IMG/VR virus record: IMGVR_UViG_2690316149_000014
Coordinates: 1-17,767 of that record
Origin: a virus
Taxonomy: Duplodnaviria; Heunggongvirae; Uroviricota; Caudoviricetes
Reading direction: 5' to 3' (one strand)
Length of the DNA: 17,767 nucleotides
Below the pieces are notes generated by a model that worked only from the letters and a program-made list of their open reading frames with translations, was not told the origin of the DNA and searched no databases. The position numbers and the translations under genes were made by a program. The number at the start of each line of letters is the position of its first letter. Position 1 is the stretch's first letter. Of this stretch, positions 12,932 to 17,767 are shown one piece after another.

Positions 12932-13808
12932 GTTAGCTGATTACAGGCATAACCCTGTACAACATCAGGAGGCATCCAGTATGGGGTATGTCTCTATACA
13001 CCGCCAGTTTATGGACAGCAGGCTCTATAAGGACTCTCAGGCAGTACATCTTTGGCTTCACTTAATCCTCAAGGCTAATCACGAATCTACTGTCGTCAAT
13101 ACGGATATCGGTCCGATAACTGTTGAGCGCGGTCAGATGATAACTGGACGCCCGTCGCTGGTCAGAGAAACATTCATCCCCGACAACAAAGTTCGGAGCT
13201 TATTACGGACTTTTGAGTCGAAAGGTATGCTTAATATTTGCTCGATGGGGAAGAAATTTAGCCTGTTTACAATCGTTAAATATGACGATTTTCAGGCAAA
13301 AAATTGTCCAACGGTTGTCCAACAGTTGTCCAACGCAAACACCAGTAATGGTGCGGCTCTCAGCGGAGATTGTCCAACGGTTGTCCAACAGTTGTCCATA
13401 AACAATAATATAAATAATATCTCTAATACTGACGTATTAGAGAGTGCTACAGCAGACAAAAAGTCTGACAAGAAAAAACCTTCCGTCAGCTGTCAGGATG
13501 TTGTCGATGCTTACCACGAAATCCTTCCTGAAGCGCCAAGAATCCGCGCACTGAATGACAAGCGTAAAAACCAGATCCGAACGTTCTGGCGCAAAGCCGG
13601 AGTGATAACCCGCCAGCTTGACGGGCATGGGTTCACGATGCAGGACTGGAGAAATTATTTGAGCTACGTAGGCGAAAATTGCCGATGGATGTTCGAAGAA
13701 CGCCCAAACCATCAACGCGGAACCGTCTGGCACAAAAAGGGATTTGATTTCCTGCTTAACGACAATACCTACCTGAAAGTTCGTGAGGGTGAACACGATG
13801 ACCGATAA
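12918..13808 (+). CDS. Replication initiation protein (O-like; P22 gene 18-type), 296 aa, with origin iterons inside the coding sequence
   Basis: Position after cII and before a DnaB-type helicase; internal iterons and AT-rich tract; the tandem peptide repeat NCPTVVQQLSN is the translation of the iterons. Confidence 0.75.
   Translation: MGVVKLADYRHNPVQHQEASSMGYVSIHRQFMDSRLYKDSQAVHLWLHLILKANHESTVVNTDIGPITVERGQMITGRPSLVRETFIPDNKVRSLLRTFESKGMLNICSMGKKFSLFTIVKYDDFQAKNCPTVVQQLSNANTSNGAALSGDCPTVVQQLSINNNINNISNTDVLESATADKKSDKKKPSVSCQDVVDAYHEILPEAPRIRALNDKRKNQIRTFWRKAGVITRQLDGHGFTMQDWRNYLSYVGENCRWMFEERPNHQRGTVWHKKGFDFLLNDNTYLKVREGEHDDR
13304..13445. repeat. Replication origin: six TTGTCCAAC iterons in two triplets (13304-13334 and 13370-13400) followed by an AT-rich tract (13400-13445)
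   Basis: Seen directly; 11-bp periodicity within each triplet; the triplets are a ~36-bp direct repeat. Confidence 0.7.
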
Positions 13809-15234
13809 TTTTTATGCGCCGCCCCATAGCATCGAGGCAGAGCAGGCGGTGATTGGTGGATTGCTTCTGGATGATGACAGCAGTGAGCGCGTCCAGAAAG
13901 TTCTGGCGATGCTGAAGCCTGATTCATTTTACAGCCGACCACACAAAATCCTTTTCGAAGAGATAACCAGAATGCACCGGGAGCAAAAGCCAGTAGATGG
14001 CCTGACGCTTTTCGATGAACTGGAGCGTAAATCGTTAACGGCGTCTGTTGGCGGTTTTGCTTATATCGCTGAGATCGCAAAGAACACGCCAAGCGCAGCA
14101 AACATCGTTGCCTATGCAATGCAGGTTCGCGAAACCGCAATGGAACGCTACGCCATCAACCGCATGACTGAAGCGACGGAATTGCTCTATTCCCGCAACG
14201 GAATGACTGCAACGCAGAAGTACGAAGCTATTCAGGCGATTTTCACGCAACTGACAGACCATGCAAAAACCGGATCGCGTCGCGGACTTCGCTCATTTGG
14301 TGAGGTCATGGAAGACTGGGTTAGCGACCTTGAGAAGCGTTTTGACCCGTCAGGCGAACAACGAGGAATGAGCACAGGGATCCCATCGCTGGACAGGATG
14401 CTGTCACCGAAAGGTCTGGTGAAAGGCTCTTTGTTTGTCATTGGCGCTCGCCCTAAGATGGGGAAAACGACGCTATACAGCCAGATGGCAATCAACTGCG
14501 CAGTGCATGAGAAAAAGCCCGCTCTGATGTTCAGCCTTGAAATGCCAGGTGACCAGATACTGGAAAAACTGGTAGGGCAAAAGTCAGGTGTTAACCCCAA
14601 TATTTTTTACCTTCCGGCGACAAATGACGCTGATGACGGCTATCAGGGTGATTACGATGGTGACTTCAACAGGGCGATCGAAACAGCTAATCGCTTGAGT
14701 GAAATCGACATGCTTTACATCGACGACACGCCGGGATTATCTCTGGCTCAAATCGTCAGCGAAAGCCGTCGAATCAAGCGAGAAAAAGGATGTGTTGGCA
14801 TGATTCTGGTCGATTACCTGACACTAATGACCGCTGAGAAGGCCGATCGCAACGACCTTGCTTACGGCATGATCACCAAAGGACTGAAGAACCTTGCCAA
14901 AGAGCTTGATTGCGTTGTTGTGCTTCTGACGCAGCTTAACCGCGCACTGGAAAGCCGAACCAATAAACGCCCATTACCAAGTGACTCACGAGATACAGGG
15001 CAGATTGAACAGGATTGCGATTATTGGGTTGGGATCCATCGTGAAGGCGCTTTTGATGACAGTGTTCCACCTGGTGAAACCGAACTAATCCTTCGTCTCA
15101 ATCGTCATGGCAATACCGGCACGGTGTATTGCATTCAGGCAAATGGCGCTATTTATGACACAGACCAACAGTCTGCTGAAATGCGCCGACGTGAACGCGA
15201 GGAACCGCAGTCCAAGAAGAAAGGAGGATTCTGA
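13798..15234 (+). CDS. Replicative DNA helicase, DnaB family, 479 aa from ATG 13798
   Basis: DnaB N-terminal signature PHSIEAEQAVIGGLLLD, Walker A GARPKMGKT, Walker B-like ILVDYLTLM; RBS GAGGGTG. The track ORF starts 15 nt earlier at a non-ATG codon. Confidence 0.9.
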   Translation: MTDNFYAPPHSIEAEQAVIGGLLLDDDSSERVQKVLAMLKPDSFYSRPHKILFEEITRMHREQKPVDGLTLFDELERKSLTASVGGFAYIAEIAKNTPSAANIVAYAMQVRETAMERYAINRMTEATELLYSRNGMTATQKYEAIQAIFTQLTDHAKTGSRRGLRSFGEVMEDWVSDLEKRFDPSGEQRGMSTGIPSLDRMLSPKGLVKGSLFVIGARPKMGKTTLYSQMAINCAVHEKKPALMFSLEMPGDQILEKLVGQKSGVNPNIFYLPATNDADDGYQGDYDGDFNRAIETANRLSEIDMLYIDDTPGLSLAQIVSESRRIKREKGCVGMILVDYLTLMTAEKADRNDLAYGMITKGLKNLAKELDCVVVLLTQLNRALESRTNKRPLPSDSRDTGQIEQDCDYWVGIHREGAFDDSVPPGETELILRLNRHGNTGTVYCIQANGAIYDTDQQSAEMRRREREEPQSKKKGGF

Positions 15235-15309
15235 TGACCATCTACATCACTGAGCTTGTAACAGGCCTGCTGGTAATCGCAGGCCTTTTTATTTGGGGGA
15301 GGGTAAATC

Positions 15310-15516
15310 GTGGTTGAGTTTATGCTCGTCGCACTCAAATTCGTTGGCGTTGGATGGATTCTTCTGACGTTTTTTATTTTTCTGCATAGCTACATTCGCC
15401 TTGTGAATGACGGTAAAGATCCATGGTATACGTTGTTTGGCGCTGCATTTGTCTGGGTGATTATCGGTGTTATGCCTGTCGCTGTAGCAAAAATGGCGTG
15501 GCGTTTTGTGAGTTGA
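15310..15516 (+). CDS. Small membrane protein, 68 aa, two predicted TM helices
   Basis: GTG start with RBS GGAGGG; hydrophobic hairpin topology. Follows a 27-aa hydrophobic mini-ORF (15234..15317) coupled to the helicase stop. Confidence 0.5.
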   Translation: MVEFMLVALKFVGVGWILLTFFIFLHSYIRLVNDGKDPWYTLFGAAFVWVIIGVMPVAVAKMAWRFVS

Positions 15517-15533
15517 ACTGAGGGTAAGTATCG

Positions 15534-15800
15534 ATGGACGAATCAAGAAAGCAGTTTGAAGAATGGTTTGAAAATTACACCGGATGTGATCCTAAAAATA
15601 AAATATACGCCAATATGGTTGAGATGTATTGGCAAGCGTGGCAGGCATCGCGAGCAGCTATCGAGATTGAGTGTCCTGGAAAAAGAGAGCGTGAGGCATT
15701 TTCTACCGATTTCGAGGATGGGGTCACATTTGGTTATAACGACGCAATTAGTGAATGCGAAGGACGGATTCGCGCTGCTGGAGTCAAAGTGAAGGGGTGA
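15534..15800 (+). CDS. Hypothetical protein, 88 aa (paralogue A of the MDESRKQFEE family)
   Basis: Shares N-terminal MDESRKQFEE, central W.AWQASRAAIE and C-terminal IRAAG.K motifs with the 16258..16614 product. Confidence 0.65.
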   Translation: MDESRKQFEEWFENYTGCDPKNKIYANMVEMYWQAWQASRAAIEIECPGKREREAFSTDFEDGVTFGYNDAISECEGRIRAAGVKVKG

Positions 15801-15802
15801 GC

Positions 15803-15988
15803 ATGAGTCGACGAAGTAGCTTTTTGGGGTTTGTAATATTCCTGTTCTGCACTGGTTACATCGTAATCTGGTCAATTTCGAACATTGACCGTAGCGGGGA
15901 ATATCTCATTGTAATGTTCTTTCCTTTGTTTCTTGGGTGGTACGCCGCAAGGTTGCTGGAAGAATGGGGTTACAGGCATAAAAAATAA
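15803..15988 (+). CDS. Small membrane protein, 61 aa, two predicted TM helices
   Basis: Track ORF 15755..15988 trimmed to the ATG at 15803 (RBS GAAGGGG), 2 nt after the paralogue A stop. Confidence 0.45.
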   Translation: MSRRSSFLGFVIFLFCTGYIVIWSISNIDRSGEYLIVMFFPLFLGWYAARLLEEWGYRHKK

Positions 15989-16047
15989 AGGAGTGTTCAG
16001 TGAAGCAAACCCTTTTTTATTGGATTAAGAGCGAGTGGTAATTACCG

Positions 16048-16230
16048 ATGGTAAATGCATTTATTTGTAGTTTATTTCTTGTCGCGATTTTTCATGGATT
16101 CCTTCTGATGATGAGTTTTGTTCTCTGGAATAATGGATATCGCATATTGGGAGTAGGTTTTGTTTTACGGTTTTCAGTTGTCTGCGCGTTGCTACCGATA
16201 ATTATGGCGACTATCAAATATTATTGGTAA
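16048..16230 (+). CDS. Small membrane protein, 60 aa, two predicted TM helices, AT-rich
   Basis: Hydrophobic profile; weak RBS; preceded by a 13-codon mini-ORF that has a strong AAGGAG RBS. Confidence 0.4.
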   Translation: MVNAFICSLFLVAIFHGFLLMMSFVLWNNGYRILGVGFVLRFSVVCALLPIIMATIKYYW

Positions 16231-16257
16231 CCCAAAAAATCATCGATGGAGAGTGAT

Positions 16258-16614
16258 ATGGACGAATCAAGAAAGCAGTTTGAGGAATACGTTGCCAAAA
16301 AATTGAGATTACCATTCGAGATGATAACCGAGGCAAGAAATGGTGATAGGTACTTCGCATTTTCAAGCATGGATATTCGTCACTCCTTAAATGAGTGGTG
16401 GACTTTATGGCAGGCATCGCGAGCAGCTATTGAACTGGATATCGACTGGCCAGAATCGAATGACGACTTTTGGAAAGATGGTGAAGAAGGTGCTTATGCG
16501 ATGGGTTATGAGGATGGGCGTGACAAAACGGTAATTGCAGTAATGAAAGCTATCAGAGCCGCTGGAATTAAAGAGAAGAATTTCGATGAAGCAAACAATC
16601 TTCCTCCGAAGTAA
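16258..16614 (+). CDS. Hypothetical protein, 118 aa (paralogue B of the MDESRKQFEE family)
   Basis: Track ORF 16246..16614 trimmed to the ATG at 16258 (RBS GGAGAG); shares the three paralogue A motifs. Confidence 0.65.
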   Translation: MDESRKQFEEYVAKKLRLPFEMITEARNGDRYFAFSSMDIRHSLNEWWTLWQASRAAIELDIDWPESNDDFWKDGEEGAYAMGYEDGRDKTVIAVMKAIRAAGIKEKNFDEANNLPPK

Positions 16615-16996
16615 GCAACAACAGCAAGCCGCAATAAATGCCATCCTCGCAACACCACTCGATAAAGACAAGCCAGTCACCATCCGCATTACTGACTACA
16701 AGCGCAACCTTGACCAGAACGCAAAATTTCACGCGATGCTGGCGGATATCGCTCGTCAGGTTCAATGGTGCGGCAAATGGTTAAAACCGGAACAATGGAA
16801 GGTTTTGTTGATCAGCGGTCATGCAGTGGCAACAAAACAGGAAGCTGATGTTTTGCCCGGGCTTGAAGGCGAATACGTCAACATTCGCGAAAGTAGCGCG
16901 CAGATGAGTGTGAAGCGTATGGCAAGTCTGATTGAGTACACGACAGCATGGGCTATTGGTCAGGGTGTCAGATTTACCGACAGGAGGTACGAATGA
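16586..16996 (+). CDS. ninB: NinB (Orf-family recombination mediator), 136 aa
   Basis: Recalled similarity to lambda NinB (…[25 protein letters not shown]…); first gene of a ninB-ninE-ninF run. Confidence 0.8.
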   Translation: MKQTIFLRSKQQQQAAINAILATPLDKDKPVTIRITDYKRNLDQNAKFHAMLADIARQVQWCGKWLKPEQWKVLLISGHAVATKQEADVLPGLEGEYVNIRESSAQMSVKRMASLIEYTTAWAIGQGVRFTDRRYE

Positions 16997-17169
16997 GACG
17001 ACAGCGACGAAGTTTCACCGACATCATCTGCGAAAACTGCAAATACCTTCCAACGAAACGCTCCAGAAATAAACGCAAGCCAATCCCAAAAGAATCTGAC
17101 GTAAAAACCTTCAACTACACGGCTCACCTGTGGGATATCCGGTGGCTAAGACATCGTGCGAGGAAATGA
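16993..17169 (+). CDS. ninE: NinE-like protein, 58 aa
   Basis: Track ORF 16948..17169 trimmed to the ATG at 16993 (RBS AGGAGG; ATGA overlap with the ninB stop); recalled NinE-like sequence [30 protein letters not shown]…. Confidence 0.7.
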   Translation: MRRQRRSFTDIICENCKYLPTKRSRNKRKPIPKESDVKTFNYTAHLWDIRWLRHRARK

Positions 17170-17513
17170 CAATGGATTATTCACAGTTAAGTGATTTTGA
17201 AATTAACAGAATGGTAGGAGACATAATTTTTAAGGGCCTTTGGGCATGTAAGCCGGAAACGTCAGGGAATAATACCAACAAATGGTATTACGGAAACGCT
17301 GATACAACTTTTGAGCCATTAAACCATTTACCTGACTACTGCAATGATCCGAGTGCCTCATGGCCGATTATTGAGAAACACAGGATTTCTATCTTAGACC
17401 AGTTAACTGAATGGTGTGTGGATGCAAAAGGCGTAAGCCCAATATTTGATACCAGACCTCTCCGCGCCGCCATGATTGTCTTTCTCATGATGCAGGACGC
17501 CAATAATGCTTAG
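17166..17513 (+). CDS. Hypothetical nin-region protein, 115 aa, in the ninX position between ninE and ninF
   Basis: Track ORF 17130..17513 trimmed to the ATG at 17166 (RBS GAGGAA; ATGA overlap with the ninE stop). Assigned by position only. Confidence 0.5.
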   Translation: MTMDYSQLSDFEINRMVGDIIFKGLWACKPETSGNNTNKWYYGNADTTFEPLNHLPDYCNDPSASWPIIEKHRISILDQLTEWCVDAKGVSPIFDTRPLRAAMIVFLMMQDANNA

Positions 17514-17682
17514 CCCATCCCAATCCCTCCAATACCAGAAAGAAAGCGTCGAGCGGGCTTTAACGTGCGCTAACTGCGGCCAGAAGCTGTATATGCTGGA
17601 AGTTCACGTGTGTGAGCACTGCTGCGCAGAACTGATGAGCGATCCGAATAGCTCAATGTACGAGGAAGAAGACGATGGCTAA
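17506..17682 (+). CDS. ninF: NinF-like protein, 58 aa (…[41 protein letters not shown])
   Basis: Below the track cutoff. Recalled near-identity to the lambda NinF C-terminal region; start overlaps the upstream stop. Confidence 0.7.
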   Translation: MLSPSQSLQYQKESVERALTCANCGQKLYMLEVHVCEHCCAELMSDPNSSMYEEEDDG

Positions 17683-17767
17683 ACCAGCGCGAAGACGATG
17701 TAACCGTAAAAGAGAAGATTTAACTGTTAAAAGGATATTTGAGTTACTAAGTTTCGATAAATCTACC
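17675..17767 (+). CDS. NinG-like protein, N-terminal fragment ([14 protein letters not shown]…), truncated by the window end
   Basis: ATG overlaps the ninF stop; the first residues MAKPARR match the recalled lambda NinG N-terminus, then diverge. Only 31 codons visible. Confidence 0.4.
   Translation, partial: MAKPARRRCNRKREDLTVKRIFELLSFDKST

Larger units (their letters stand above)
1690..17767. mobile_element. Lambdoid prophage (integration at argW, KplE1/CPS-53-like end with torI), truncated by the window end
   Basis: Contiguous phage modules in lambda-like order: xis-like gene, accessory block, recombination genes, cIII/kil, N, cI, cro, cII, replication genes, nin genes. att core fragment at the left boundary. 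Confidence 0.85.

Noticed and set aside
13769-14600. Minus-strand track ORFs inside the helicase and initiator genes (13437..13796, 13769..14140, 14035..14262, 14232..14600)
   Set aside because: They fall entirely within well-supported plus-strand genes and have no RBS or recognisable features.
1-17767. CRISPR arrays, IS elements or transposases, rRNA genes
   Set aside because: No regularly spaced direct repeats with unique spacers, no transposase-like ORF or terminal inverted repeats flanking one, and no rRNA-like sequence. The only tandem repeats are the origin iterons and the EAKR-coding repeats.

Overview
This 17.8-kb window is a chromosome/prophage junction, most consistent with Escherichia coli. 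Bases 1-1248 encode a LacY-family sucrose:H+ symporter (CscB-like). After a ~440-bp non-coding junction, a 15-nt copy of the 3' end of tRNA-Arg (argW) at ~1690-1704 marks the attachment-site end of a lambdoid prophage that fills the rest of the window and continues past 17767. This end carries a TorI/AlpA-family excisionase but no integrase (KplE1/CPS-53-like layout). Reading rightward: a block of tightly overlapping minus-strand accessory genes (2.1-6.1 kb); a recombination module (DEDDh exonuclease, SSB, Rad52-like annealase); kil-like and cIII micro-genes; an EAKR-rich coiled-coil protein; a tL1-like terminator; an AT-rich moron; an N-family antiterminator; nutL; OL/pL; a 4-TM membrane protein in the rex position; CI repressor; OR; Cro; nutR; CII; a replication initiator with internal iterons; a DnaB-family helicase; small membrane proteins interleaved with two paralogues; and the start of the nin region (ninB, ninE, ninX-position gene, ninF, ninG-like). 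No rRNA, intact tRNA, CRISPR array or transposase was seen. The best candidates for something undescribed are the rex-position membrane protein, the AT-rich gene after N, and the membrane-protein/paralogue cassette after the helicase. All assignments come from reading the ORF translations and DNA motifs and from recalled family knowledge; nothing was checked against a database. Hand-counted motif coordinates may be off by 1-2 nt.
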